In this document: positions 1 through 9,759 of the stretch, piece after piece
Position numbering within the stretch: position 1 is the first letter of the stretch
How the letters are laid out: every line of letters starts with the position of its first letter
Assembly: GCA_050331735.1 (NCBI GenBank)
Contig: JBHJGN010000019.1
Location: forward strand, 90,603-154,602
DNA: 64,000 nucleotides
Direction of reading: 5' to 3'
Source: Cyanophyceae cyanobacterium
GTDB taxonomy: Bacteria > Cyanobacteriota > Cyanobacteriia > Cyanobacteriales > JBHJGN01
The notes under the pieces: generated by a model
What the model was told of the DNA's origin: nothing
The model's database searches: none
The model's input: the letters and a program-made list of their open reading frames with translations, nothing else
Made by a program: the position numbers and the translations under genes

Positions 1-391
1 CATTCGTCTTCTTGAGGAGCAGCTTGTCGTTGACCGACATAAGCAAAAAGTGGGCGAAATTATTGTTCGTAAAGTCGTAGAAACACGCCTGGTAGAAGTA
101 CCAGTTCGTAGTGAAAAGCTAATCGTGGAGCAGCTTGGTCCTGAAAATAGGCAGCTTGCTGAAATTAAACTTGGGGAAGGCACGATTTCTGGAGTGGAAG
201 ACTCTAGGACAGCGGCCCGCGACCGCGTCAGCGGTGATTTTTTTTCGCTAGAAGCAGCTAGTAATCTCCTACGAGCGATCGCCACCCAAAGAAGGCATGG
301 ATGCAAACGGGTGCGGATTGAGCTCGTGCTTGACGACGAACACCGTCAGCCAGAATACCAGGAAATGTTCGATCGCTGCACGAAAAGGTAA
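1..391 (+). CDS. DUF2382 (YsnF/AvaK) domain protein, 5' end outside window
   Basis: Frame open from base 2: IRLLEEQLVVDRHKQKVGEIIVRKVVETRLVEVPVRSEKLIVEQ, typical of DUF2382. Confidence 0.8.
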   Translation, partial: IRLLEEQLVVDRHKQKVGEIIVRKVVETRLVEVPVRSEKLIVEQLGPENRQLAEIKLGEGTISGVEDSRTAARDRVSGDFFSLEAASNLLRAIATQRRHGCKRVRIELVLDDEHRQPEYQEMFDRCTKR

Positions 392-629
392 TAATATTAT
401 CTCTGGACAGTCAAGCGATAGATGCGGTGTCGGGAAAATACTTCCTATCGGAACGGGGAAAGGGGAAAGGTTTCAGCTCTTTTGTGTTTGTGTAGCATCA
501 CCATTGAGAAATGGTATGAGGAAAAGCCGCTTTCGGGGTGGGAAAAGGAAAAAGCCCATGAATGATACAGCTTGTTCCTTAACACTGTGTTCTAGATCCT
601 CCCGCACCGGGCAGTTTTCTCCTTCCCCG

Positions 630-1958
630 TTACTGAAATCCTTTTGCTTTCTTCTTTTTCTTGCCTTTCGACTTTGATTTATGGACTTGGGCTACCGCTG
701 CTTCAAACAGATTATGTAGATGGAGCGGTACGCTAGCCGTTTCTGGCAGTTCTGGCTCACTGGGTTTTCCGTATTCCAGCAGCAGAGGCTCCAAGTCTCG
801 CTCTAGGCTAAATTCAGGACGAGCTAACGTTGTTTGTAAGGCTCGCTCTAGGGCATCGTGGTACGACTCCTTGAGCTGTTGCCAGATATAAAAATTGATC
901 GTTGGGTCTTGTAGATACTTGCGCACCAAGTCAGGATTAATCGGCTGACTATCGTCTTTAGCGGTCAGCGTCGATACAAACTGGGCATAGGTAGGAATAA
1001 ACATCTGTCCCCAGCGCGGGTGAGAGAAGGAGGTCACGTGCTCAGCGTTTTTGATCTCGGGCGGGAGATCAATTTTAGGAGTGACCATTGGTGAAGATAA
1101 AGCCCCTTCAACGGCCTGAGCGACGGTATCAGAGCTTTCTCCCGATTCAGCCGCAGCGGCGGTGGTCAATTCTTCGGCGTCAACTCCCGCCTCCTGCGCT
1201 ACCTCTTGAAGAGATTTAGAACCATCGATCCCCGCGGCAGCAAGACGCTTATGGCTCATAATCTGCTGTAGTTCTGCTAGCTGTTTATTCAATTCGTATC
1301 CAGAAAGCGTCAGGCGATCGCTCCCAAAAAAATCGACAAACTCTTGATGAAACTGCGCCACCGAATCCCAGGCCTGCTCCAGCAGTTCAGGTGCATCGCT
1401 ATAGAGTTGCCCCCGGTAGTTCTCCTTAAATTCCCCAATAGCCACGGCTAACTTAGGTTTACCTAATTTCCCCTTCAAAATACACGGACTAAACATCCAC
1501 TCGCTCTCCGAAATTGGGGTCATCCTCGTCAGAATAATTTCCCCGCTTCCTAGTCTCTTCAGCTCATCTTCAGGAATATTGTCAGCAAAAGCAGTGTAGC
1601 GTTTGGCAGTCAGCCAGTTCATCAGCGTAAACCCTTGAGGGAGGGTTTCAACAATTTCAAACAACCCCGTGAAGCTGCGCTGCCAGTCGTTGAGAAGAGT
1701 ACGCGCTGCTGCGGTAAGTTTAGCTTGTTCGCTATATAGCTCAACAGGCGTTCTGTCTCCCACCTGCCCTTGAGTTAAAAAGGTATCAACAACGATGCTT
1801 TGAATTTTAGAGTCGTAGCGATCGCAGTTCGCGTATTCTGCGACAAAGGTTTCAAGGGCAACGGCTATCTCTCCTTCTGCATTGTAAACCCAGTCGATCA
1901 AATCCTGTTTAAGTGCTTGTGCCTGTTCTATCGTCACAGTTATTATTGAATAAGCCAA
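630..1958 (-). CDS. Hypothetical protein with Lys-rich C-terminal tail
   Basis: 442-aa ORF ending KSKGKKKKKAKGFQ; no recognisable catalytic motif; start uncertain. Confidence 0.7.
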   Translation of the reverse strand: MAYSIITVTIEQAQALKQDLIDWVYNAEGEIAVALETFVAEYANCDRYDSKIQSIVVDTFLTQGQVGDRTPVELYSEQAKLTAAARTLLNDWQRSFTGLFEIVETLPQGFTLMNWLTAKRYTAFADNIPEDELKRLGSGEIILTRMTPISESEWMFSPCILKGKLGKPKLAVAIGEFKENYRGQLYSDAPELLEQAWDSVAQFHQEFVDFFGSDRLTLSGYELNKQLAELQQIMSHKRLAAAGIDGSKSLQEVAQEAGVDAEELTTAAAAESGESSDTVAQAVEGALSSPMVTPKIDLPPEIKNAEHVTSFSHPRWGQMFIPTYAQFVSTLTAKDDSQPINPDLVRKYLQDPTINFYIWQQLKESYHDALERALQTTLARPEFSLERDLEPLLLEYGKPSEPELPETASVPLHLHNLFEAAVAQVHKSKSKGKKKKKAKGFQ

Positions 1959-2019
1959 CCCTTCTAGATTAACGAGAAGAGAGCAAAATCAGACGATCTT
2001 TAAGCCCTGTGCAAGCTGT

Positions 2020-2280
2020 TCAATTAAACCCTTTCCCCTTTCCCCTCTTCCCCTTCCCCACCGCCCCGCGACTATGATTTAATTCCATCGGTACGTCTGC
2101 TAACGCTTCATCCGGCAAAACGTAAGAAGAGGCAATCAGCTTCTCGTCCCAGTCCACAATCTCCGGGTAGCGAATCCCTGGTAATATTTGTACTGCAAAG
2201 ATCTCCTGCACCGCTTCCTCAAACCTCAGAAAAGCCACTGTTTGACCCGTTTGCAAATTAACAACCCATACGCCACTTCT
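2020..2280 (-). pseudogene. TIGR03032 (DUF4915) family protein, C-terminal remnant
   Basis: SGVWVVNLQTGQTVAFLRFEEAVQEIFAVQILPGIRYPE matches the family C-terminus; N-terminal part missing. Confidence 0.75.
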
Positions 2281-3190
2281 GGCAACCAAGACGGGGGGAT
2301 TCTTGCTTCCGCTAGTGGATACGGAAGGCTAAATGCGACAATAAACCAGCAGCACCATCACAGGGAACCAGGCACAGGAAGGAGGCGGCATTCTTAATGA
2401 ATCTGCTTCGGTTACTGTTGAAAATAGCGAAATTTCAGACAACGAAGCCGAGCGAGGCGGCGGTATCTTTAGCGAGGGCATCGTCGTGCGCGCGAGCATA
2501 TTCTATGCTGCCGAAAAAGGTGAAATAACAGTAGAAAACAGCACGATTTCTGGAAATACAGCCAATGACGTCGGTGGCGGGGTCTATAACGACGATGGCT
2601 TTTTAGAACTGAATAACAGCACAGTTTCTGGGAATACAGCAGATAATGGCGGCAGCGGCATTGTTACCTTGAGTTCAACAATTACCATATCTTATGGTGG
2701 TGGCAGCTATTATTACGTCCTGTACCCCGGTGGAACGGAAATTCGCAATACAATTATTGCTGCCAATGATAACAATACAGATGTTGAGGGCGATGTAGAA
2801 GGTCGCTTTAACCTCGTTTGTTGAGGGCGATGTAGAAGGTCGCTTTAACCTCGTTGGTAATGGAGACGGAGTGGCAAGCTTTGTTGATGGAGAAAACGGT
2901 AATATTGTCGGCACGTCAGCTAAGACCCGCTCCTCGGTCCCCTACAGGATAACGGTGGTCCGACCCGAACTCAGGCTCTCCTGCTCGGCAGTCCAGCCTT
3001 CAATACCGGAGATCCTAACTTTACGCCGCCGCCCTTTACCGACCAGCGAGGCTTTGAGCGGGTACTTTTCGAGCGTGTTGATATGGGAGCGGTAGAAGCA
3101 GTGCCTGGACCGGAAGCAACTCTGGGATGGATACTAGGACTAGTCGCTCTCGGGGCTGCCCGTCACTACAGGCGGCGAAGCTCGCATTAA
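2278..3190 (+). pseudogene. Beta-helix / choice-of-anchor Q surface protein with PEP-CTERM-like tail; 5'-truncated and frameshifted
   Basis: NSTISGN/GGGI repeats, [29 protein letters not shown], then [30 protein letters not shown](3190), spread over several frames. Confidence 0.85.
2782..2855 (+). repeat. Exact 37-bp tandem duplication
   Basis: tgttgagggcgatgtagaaggtcgctttaacctcgtt at 2782-2818 and 2819-2855. Confidence 0.95.
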
Positions 3191-3324
3191 AAGAAATAGA
3201 GGTAACAGCGCTTGGACAATCAGCAGGCTTAGATGTGTTTGATTACATCTAGAGGGGGAGAATGCTGCTGGCGTTCTCCAAATACAGTAGTAAGGTGAAG
3301 CCCAAAACTTACAGAAAACACACC

Positions 3325-4836
3325 ATGAGTCTCATTGCTGCTAAACCTGTTTCTTACTGGATCGACTCAACTCCAGAAGCCGAATTTCCTTCACTGACTC
3401 ACAATGTTTTAGTCGATGTCGCCATTGTGGGTGCCGGAATTGCTGGTCTTACTGCCGCCACCCTACTGAAGCGAGCGGGTAAAACTGTTGCCGTGGTCGA
3501 ATCGAAGCAGATTTCGACCGGAGTCAGCGGTCATACGACGGCAAAAGTAACCTCCCTACATCAGCTCATTTACGCCGATCTGACGAAAGAAATCGGCGAG
3601 GAGAAAACCCGGCTCTATGCCGAGTCTAACCAGGCGGCAGTGGAGCGCGTCGCTCAGTTTATCAAAGAAGAGCAGATCGACTGCGATTTTAGCCGCAGAA
3701 GCACCTACACCTACGCGCGATCGCAACAGCAGCTAAGCCAGGTGGAAGCGGAAGTAGAAGCGGCCCTGAAAGCAGGACTGCCGGCTTCTTTGGTGAACGA
3801 TACCTCTTTACCATTCCCCGTTGCTGGGGCCATTAAAGTTGACAATCAAGTGCAGTTCCACTCGCGCAAGTATCTTCTGCACCTCGCCAAGAGTCTTCCC
3901 GGTAACGGCAGCTATGTGTTTGAAAATACTAGAGTTGAGTCGGTAGAAGAAGGAGACCCCTGTCAGGTGATCACTCAGCGAGGAGTCGTAGAAGCTCAAG
4001 ATGTCCTAATTACCACCAACTTGCCGATTCTCGATCAAGGACTGTTCTTTGCCAAGACCTATCCCAAGCGTTCCTACATCATTGGGGCTCCTATTGACCC
4101 GGCTAAAGCGCCAGAAGGAATGTTTATCGGCACCGGAGAAAACTACCACTCGATTCGTACCACTCCTTACGAAAATGGCTTGCTGTTGCTGGTCGGCGGC
4201 GGCGGACATAAAGTCGGGACAGTCACGAACACCGAGGAAAAATATCAGCAGCTCGAAGAATTTGCGCGATCGCACTTTGATATCGATACGATTGACTACC
4301 GCTGGTCTACCCAAGATATGGTCTCGTTCGACAAGCTGCCCTACATTGGTAAGCTGACTCCTCTTAATAATCATCTCTACGTCGCCACTGGCTTCAGTCT
4401 GTGGGGAATGAGCAAAGGCACTCTCTCAGGAATGCTGCTTAGCGATCTCGTCCTCGGTAAAAACAATCCTTGGTCCGATCTTTACGATGCCACTCGCGCG
4501 ACCCCGTTTATTTCCCAACAGTCAATCCAGGAAAACTTAGATGTCGGGCGGCATTGGGTCGGCGATCGCCTCAAGGGGTTAACGGCATCGGTGTCTGATG
4601 TGAACAACGGTGAGGGCAAGCTGATTACCGTTAACGGCGAGAAAGTAGCAGCCTACCGAGATCAGCAGGGTAAACTACACGCGGTTTCCGCCGTTTGTTC
4701 CCATTTAGCCTGTATTGTTGACTGGAATAGCGCTGAAAAGAGTTGGGACTGCCCCTGTCACGGAGCACGCTTCACCTACGATGGCGAAGTATTGCGCGGT
4801 CCGGCGGTGAAAGACTTAGACAAATATAACCTGTAG
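3325..4836 (+). CDS. FAD-dependent oxidoreductase with C-terminal Rieske domain (YhfW-like)
   Basis: GAGIAG dinucleotide motif, SGHTTAK, Rieske CSHLAC...WDCPCHGARF. Confidence 0.92.
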   Translation: MSLIAAKPVSYWIDSTPEAEFPSLTHNVLVDVAIVGAGIAGLTAATLLKRAGKTVAVVESKQISTGVSGHTTAKVTSLHQLIYADLTKEIGEEKTRLYAESNQAAVERVAQFIKEEQIDCDFSRRSTYTYARSQQQLSQVEAEVEAALKAGLPASLVNDTSLPFPVAGAIKVDNQVQFHSRKYLLHLAKSLPGNGSYVFENTRVESVEEGDPCQVITQRGVVEAQDVLITTNLPILDQGLFFAKTYPKRSYIIGAPIDPAKAPEGMFIGTGENYHSIRTTPYENGLLLLVGGGGHKVGTVTNTEEKYQQLEEFARSHFDIDTIDYRWSTQDMVSFDKLPYIGKLTPLNNHLYVATGFSLWGMSKGTLSGMLLSDLVLGKNNPWSDLYDATRATPFISQQSIQENLDVGRHWVGDRLKGLTASVSDVNNGEGKLITVNGEKVAAYRDQQGKLHAVSAVCSHLACIVDWNSAEKSWDCPCHGARFTYDGEVLRGPAVKDLDKYNL

Positions 4837-5102
4837 ATCAACTGAGGGGAAAGGAAGAAGCGGTGCGGCTCTGCGCCTCGAAGGGGTACTTTCAGAAAAG
4901 CTTCGCTAACGGCATCCTCCTGGACGCAATCACGGGGCTTCCAAAGTATCGCTAGTTGTGCGGAGGTTGCCTTCGCAAAGATTTGGCGGCGGAACAAGTC
5001 GGAACTCGGTTTCGGCAGTGCACTTTCCCGCCGTACGACGGCGGGAAACGGCGACCGCAGCACTAGGGCGGGCGGCTGCATTCCGAACACAATAGCTACG
5101 TC

Positions 5103-5253
5103 ATACCAATTAGAAAAAGTCATGAGAGACTTGATCCGTTGGGAAAAAGGGGAAAGGGTCAGGGGGAAAGGTAAACACAGCAAGCCTTTCCCTTTTAAGA
5201 GCCAACTCTTTGTTAGTTAGGAGAACTATCTCACTACTTTCGGTCAATGGTAT
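5103..5253 (+). mobile_element. ~150-bp MITE-like element, copy 1
   Basis: Imperfect 27-bp terminal inverted repeats starting ATACCA; gap-free similarity (110/140 by manual count) to the reverse complement of 63861-64000. Confidence 0.7.
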
Positions 5254-5336
5254 CAATTAGATTAGCGGGATGAGCTTTGCTCCGAGCAGCCGCCGTAACC
5301 GCTTTAGCCACTACCATCTGACCGCGTTTGCTACTG

Positions 5337-6878
5337 CTAACTTCGGCTATAGCAGGAGGTAATTGCCGCCAAAACGGCTAGAACAATAGTTAGCCAGTCT
5401 CCCCATCTGACGTATAAAGTCTGCGTCTGTCTTCGGTAAATTGTGCCTGCGTAGACTTCGTAGGTATTAATATCAGAAATCCATACTGTTCTTCCATGAG
5501 GATCGACAACGCCAGAATAGCCAGTGTTGGTCGCTCGTGCTGCCCAGCGGTCGGTTTCAATAGCTCGCATTACGTCTTGGGCGTGGTGTTGGGCAGGCAT
5601 GGTGCTGCTGTAATGAGCATTGTTGGAGGCGGTGAGAATCAATTCACCTCCCTGGGCCGCCTGCCTGCGGAAGTGGCGAGCGTAAGTAGAATCGTAGCAG
5701 ATACCAACGATCGCTCGACCGAACGGAGTAGCGAGTACCTGGTCTGGAGATCCGGCAATCTGATGCTCGTCGAGAGGGGATAAGCGCTCGATGATTCCCC
5801 CAAGAACGGATTCAAACGGTACGTACTCGCCGACAGGCACTAAATTAACCTTGTCGTAACGGCTAAAAATGCCGTCCTCGGTCATGGTAAAAAGACTGTT
5901 GGTGTAGCCGCGTTGATGATGGCCAAACGTTCCTACCCAAGCCACAACGCCTTGCTCTCGAATCGCCTGTACCAGAGTGCTATTCATCAATTTGTCTTGA
6001 AAGAACGGGAGCGCTCCTTCCGGGGTTAACACCGCTTCCACTCCTGCCTCTACTAATTGCTGATAGCCTCTTGTATATCCTGTTAGGGCGCGACGTAACC
6101 CTGGGGCAGAGAGCTTGATGACGTTCGGAATATTTCCCTGAATAATGCCAACCTTTAGCGCCGCTGCTTGTGGATCTGCCAGTGGGCGAGCATACATTCC
6201 CCAGCCAATTAAATGCAGGCCCAGAAAAACAATTAGAGGAAGGACAAGGAGAACTGGTTTTTGCTGACGGCTGCTTCTGATGGCGATGATGCCTTCGGCT
6301 ATTAAACCATTAACGGCCACAAGTGCCGCTGTTACTGTTGTCGGTCCTGACAGTTTGCCAAGCTGAAGAATCGCCAGATTGTACGGGCTTTGAGTATAAG
6401 ATAAAGAACTCCACCACAGCGGTCCGGCACTCCAAATCGCTTCTAAAACACACCAACAGGCAACGCCGAAGAGAACGCGGCTCAGGCTGGGCAAGAATTT
6501 TTGTCGAGATGATGCTGAGAGTAGCATCATTCCCGCTGACCAAAGCGCCACTAAAGCAGCTCCCCAGAAAGTAATAAATAGCCAGCAGGCGATCGCAATC
6601 AGTAAACTACTCAACCAAGGCACTCCCATCCAGGTCATCGGATGAACGCCGGTAATCCAAAACAGGGCCAAGCCGTGATAGCCGACTCCCCAGGCAGTTG
6701 CCCACAGCAGTTTGCTCTTAATACTTGGTTTAGCTAAAGCGAGTAACATCCACAGCGGCGCTAACCCCACCCAGGCAAGCAGATAGCTATTAATCGGTGC
6801 CGTGGCACACCCCGTTACGATGCCGCTGAACAGAGCTATTAGAGGAATGACCGTATTTTTACGCAGAGATTTCAGCAA
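5337..6878 (-). CDS. lnt: Apolipoprotein N-acyltransferase
   Basis: Multi-TM N-terminus; IQGNIP, PEGA, YDKVNLVPVGEYVP, ICYDS, ATNTGYSG motifs. Confidence 0.95.
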   Translation of the reverse strand: MLKSLRKNTVIPLIALFSGIVTGCATAPINSYLLAWVGLAPLWMLLALAKPSIKSKLLWATAWGVGYHGLALFWITGVHPMTWMGVPWLSSLLIAIACWLFITFWGAALVALWSAGMMLLSASSRQKFLPSLSRVLFGVACWCVLEAIWSAGPLWWSSLSYTQSPYNLAILQLGKLSGPTTVTAALVAVNGLIAEGIIAIRSSRQQKPVLLVLPLIVFLGLHLIGWGMYARPLADPQAAALKVGIIQGNIPNVIKLSAPGLRRALTGYTRGYQQLVEAGVEAVLTPEGALPFFQDKLMNSTLVQAIREQGVVAWVGTFGHHQRGYTNSLFTMTEDGIFSRYDKVNLVPVGEYVPFESVLGGIIERLSPLDEHQIAGSPDQVLATPFGRAIVGICYDSTYARHFRRQAAQGGELILTASNNAHYSSTMPAQHHAQDVMRAIETDRWAARATNTGYSGVVDPHGRTVWISDINTYEVYAGTIYRRQTQTLYVRWGDWLTIVLAVLAAITSCYSRS

Positions 6879-6884
6879 TTTGAA

Positions 6885-7361
6885 TTAATGAGGCAGAAAA
6901 TCTAGGTCGAGAACTTGTTCAGGCGTGAAAGGCGACTGCTCAGGAAAAGATTTCAGCGCTAAGCGAGTTTCGATGGCGGCTCGTCTTCTAGCCCGTTGAT
7001 AGAGAGCCTCAAAGTTTTCGTTATAAAAGCGCTTTAAGCTAGGACTCTCTTGAAAATCAACTTCTAAACGCTCTCTGTGCTCGTTGATGGAGGAGAGCCA
7101 GCTATTGCTTCTTTTGTCTGACTGATATTTCCATTTAAGAAGACGAAGCAAGACGATTTTGGCGTTATTCAAGAGCGCCTTTTTCTCGCTTCTGCCCAAC
7201 GCTTCAATTTCCTCAATCAGATTGTCCCAGTCTACAGTATCAAAATCTTTGGCCTTTAATTGTTGGGCTGTCTGCTGTATCCATAGCCAAAAATCAGTAT
7301 CGTAGAGATTTTTTAAAGTTGAGCGATCGCTGCTCTTCTCCAGAAATCTAAAATCTTTCAA
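6885..7361 (-). CDS. DUF29 domain protein
   Basis: LYDTDFWLW...DWDNLIEEIEALGRSEK...SPSLK...FPEQSPF. Confidence 0.9.
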   Translation of the reverse strand: MKDFRFLEKSSDRSTLKNLYDTDFWLWIQQTAQQLKAKDFDTVDWDNLIEEIEALGRSEKKALLNNAKIVLLRLLKWKYQSDKRSNSWLSSINEHRERLEVDFQESPSLKRFYNENFEALYQRARRRAAIETRLALKSFPEQSPFTPEQVLDLDFLPH

Positions 7362-7459
7362 GGGTATTCTCCTATTTCCTCCCGTCGAAGAAAAATAATG
7401 CTCGGGAAGAGTCTTGTCAGCATGATATCTTCATAGTATCTCAGAGCAATTTAACAATC

Positions 7460-8040
7460 AGCGGCGTTGCATATATAGAGAGATGAGTATAGAAGAAAGT
7501 CGATGAAATGTCCAGAATACCGCTCCCAGCATATCCGCAAAAACGGCAAGAACAAAGGCAAGCAAAACTATATTTGTGTAGCTTGTAGACGTCAATTGAT
7601 CACTGACTACAAAGCCCACAAAGGTTACTCAGACGAGTTTAAGCGAGAAGGTCTCAAGCTGTATGTCAACGGCATGGGTTTGCGAGCGATTGAGAGAGTC
7701 AAAGGAGTGCATCATACAACGGTAATTACTGGGGTAAAGCAAATTGGAGAACTCTTGCCGGATACCTACGATCTGGAGACGACGCCCCAAGTCGGAGAAT
7801 TAAATGAGTTGGAAACGTTAGTCGGCATAAAAAAAACAAATTTGGCTGTGGACGGCAGTAGATCACTTGGTTCGCGGAATTGTCGGTTGGTCTCTAGGCG
7901 ACCGGAGAGCCGAAGCTTTTCGACCCTTAGGGAATTTGGGATGCCAATGGCAATGCTATTTCTATGTCACTAATGGCGCTCAAGTCTACCAACGTTTTAT
8001 TGCTGATGGCGACCCGATTATGAGTAAAACCGACGACCCA
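7460..8040 (+). mobile_element. IS1-family transposase remnant (insA/insB), degenerate and 3'-truncated
   Basis: InsA MKCPE..RKNGK..GKQNYICVAC, GLRAIERVKGVHHTTVI; A8C run at 7829-7837; InsB IWLWTAVD, GDRRAE, FYVTNG, truncated after MSKT; DELET and TDG acidic residues changed to N. Confidence 0.85.
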
Positions 8041-8067
8041 CCTCGAAAATACCTGAAGAAGGCATCT

Positions 8068-8673
8068 ATGAGCTATTTAAAGTTACACACATCTCTTTTC
8101 GTGACGGCGCTTGTTGTTCTCGCACCGACAGCAGCAGTCGCCCAGAGCGATATTCGTACAGAGCGGGTTCAGTTTGAGCCGGGCGCAAGCAGTGCCGTCA
8201 TCGAGGACTCTATCACTGGCTACGAGATCGTAGACTATGTTCTCAACGCCAGAGAAGGACAGTATGCGAACGTTAGCATGGCAACCGACAATAGCGTTAA
8301 TTACTTCAACATCCTGAGACCGGGTGAAAACGCAGTGGCCATGTTCAACAGCTCTACGGGCGTGAATCAGTACGAGGGGATTCTTCCTGAGAGCGGCGAC
8401 TACAAGATTCGGGTCTACATGATGCGGAGCGCCGCACGCCGGAACGAGGTAGCCAACTACCGCCTCGAAATGATTATTACAAATCCTGGGGGCAGTGTCT
8501 CCGATAGTGATGCCTCAGTTGAGGGAACTAACAATAATGCAATGGGCAACGTTTCCTGTACAATGTCTGAGGGACAGCCGACTGGTTCTGACCCCTTCGG
8601 TGTCACTCGTGAGGAAAACGGGACGGGCATCTTTACAGACATTAGGTTCGATCGTCTCGCTCGGCGGTGGTAG
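8068..8673 (+). CDS. Secreted PliG-like (g-type lysozyme inhibitor fold) protein; C-terminus probably truncated
   Basis: Signal peptide (AAVA|Q), RVQFEPGASSAVIEDSITGYEIVDYVLNAREGQ...LPESGDYKIRVYMMRSAARR; the ORF-track start at 7867 is read-through from IS1. Confidence 0.65.
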   Translation: MSYLKLHTSLFVTALVVLAPTAAVAQSDIRTERVQFEPGASSAVIEDSITGYEIVDYVLNAREGQYANVSMATDNSVNYFNILRPGENAVAMFNSSTGVNQYEGILPESGDYKIRVYMMRSAARRNEVANYRLEMIITNPGGSVSDSDASVEGTNNNAMGNVSCTMSEGQPTGSDPFGVTREENGTGIFTDIRFDRLARRW

Positions 8674-8719
8674 TGATGCTTTGGGGAGAGATCGCGGTAA
8701 TCTCAGAAAACCGCTTGAA

Positions 8720-9163
8720 GTCAGCACTCGCGGCATTGCGAAAGGGCGAGGTGTGGCACTGTTATCGACTTTGGGAGTCTGTAGCGGCTACGCCGTTCAT
8801 ACAGCGTTAGCCGTGTAGGTTTATCAGCCCTACTGCAAGCATCTGCAACTGCCTTTGAGATCGTCCGCTATGCTGGTGCAGGTTATCTCGTCTATTTGGG
8901 GATGCGGACTCTATTGAGCAAAGAGTCTTCAATACCAGCAAACCGTGAAGCAAGAACGTAGGACGTGTTCCCTTACAAATGCTGGTTTACGGGCTATCTT
9001 TTACAGCTTTGTGCCTACTAATTTATGGAACAATTGGATATTTTGCGGGGGATTGGGAAACCGCCTGATTCAGCAACCGCGAATTGCTGATTTTATGAAG
9101 TGGTTTTCCGGCAGTGTTTTAATTGGATTAGGGTTAAAAATGGCAATTCCAGAGCGCCAGTAG
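8720..9163 (+). pseudogene. LysE/RhtB family translocator remnant
   Basis: STRGIAKGRGVALLSTLGVCSGYAVHTALAV-stop-GLSALLQASATAFEIVRYAGAGYLVYLG, then KWFSGSVLIGLGLKMA; internal stop and deletions. Confidence 0.8.
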
Positions 9164-9246
9164 TGAAAATGCATCACAAGGCGATCGCCAACGCTGAAAT
9201 AGATAACGACACGCTACCCAGATTTCACAAGTAACTTCAACTGGAA

Positions 9247-9708
9247 ATGGATACCGCCAAGCTATATGAAACTGATTTTTATCAGTGGACGCAGGAAACC
9301 TCGCGAGCCATTCAAGAACGAGATATCGAACACCTAGATTGGGAAAATTTAGCGGAGGAGATAGAAGCATTGGGTAGAGCAGAAAAAAGAGCCGTTAACA
9401 GCTTTACTACCCAATTACTCATTCACTTACTCTATCTTCAATTTTGGACGTGGCGGAGAGACTATTACATCAAGGGGTGGGAGAGCGACATTGATACGTT
9501 TCGTCTTCAGCTCATAGACCTTCTAGAGTCGAAAGTACTTTATAACTACTTTACTACTGAACTGAACGCCAACTACAGAAAAGCGATCCGATTAGCTGCC
9601 GGAAAGTATCAAAAAGAACGGTTAGTTGGGCCAAATTTTCCAGAACAATGTCCGTACACGGTAGAACAACTGCTAGCTCTAGAGTACTTTCCACGCCTCG
9701 AGAATTGA
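9247..9708 (+). CDS. DUF29 domain protein
   Basis: LYETDFYQW...LDWENLAEEIEALGRAEK...FPEQCPYT. Confidence 0.9.
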   Translation: MDTAKLYETDFYQWTQETSRAIQERDIEHLDWENLAEEIEALGRAEKRAVNSFTTQLLIHLLYLQFWTWRRDYYIKGWESDIDTFRLQLIDLLESKVLYNYFTTELNANYRKAIRLAAGKYQKERLVGPNFPEQCPYTVEQLLALEYFPRLEN

Positions 9709-9740
9709 GGGGCGATCGCTTGTTTAAGTGCGATCGCCCC
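9709..9740. terminator. Hairpin between convergent genes, stem built from two HIP1 sites
   Basis: ggggcgatcgc-N10-gcgatcgcccc. Confidence 0.55.
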
Positions 9741-9759
9741 CTTGCTAACAGGAGAAAAT

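Noticed and set aside
297..677. 126-aa ORF and similar short ORFs crossing G-rich repeats (e.g. 14685-15103, 29633-29944, 40929-41273)
   Set aside because: GKGE/FPFP-type translations of repeats, or antisense shadows of real genes.
2782..2855. 37-bp direct repeat as a CRISPR or att site
   Set aside because: Spacer-less tandem duplication of coding sequence inside a pseudogene.
7867..8673. 268-aa ORF as a real transposase-secreted protein fusion
   Set aside because: The N-terminal part is a degenerate InsB fragment; a signal peptide starts at ATG 8068, so the fusion is probably incidental.
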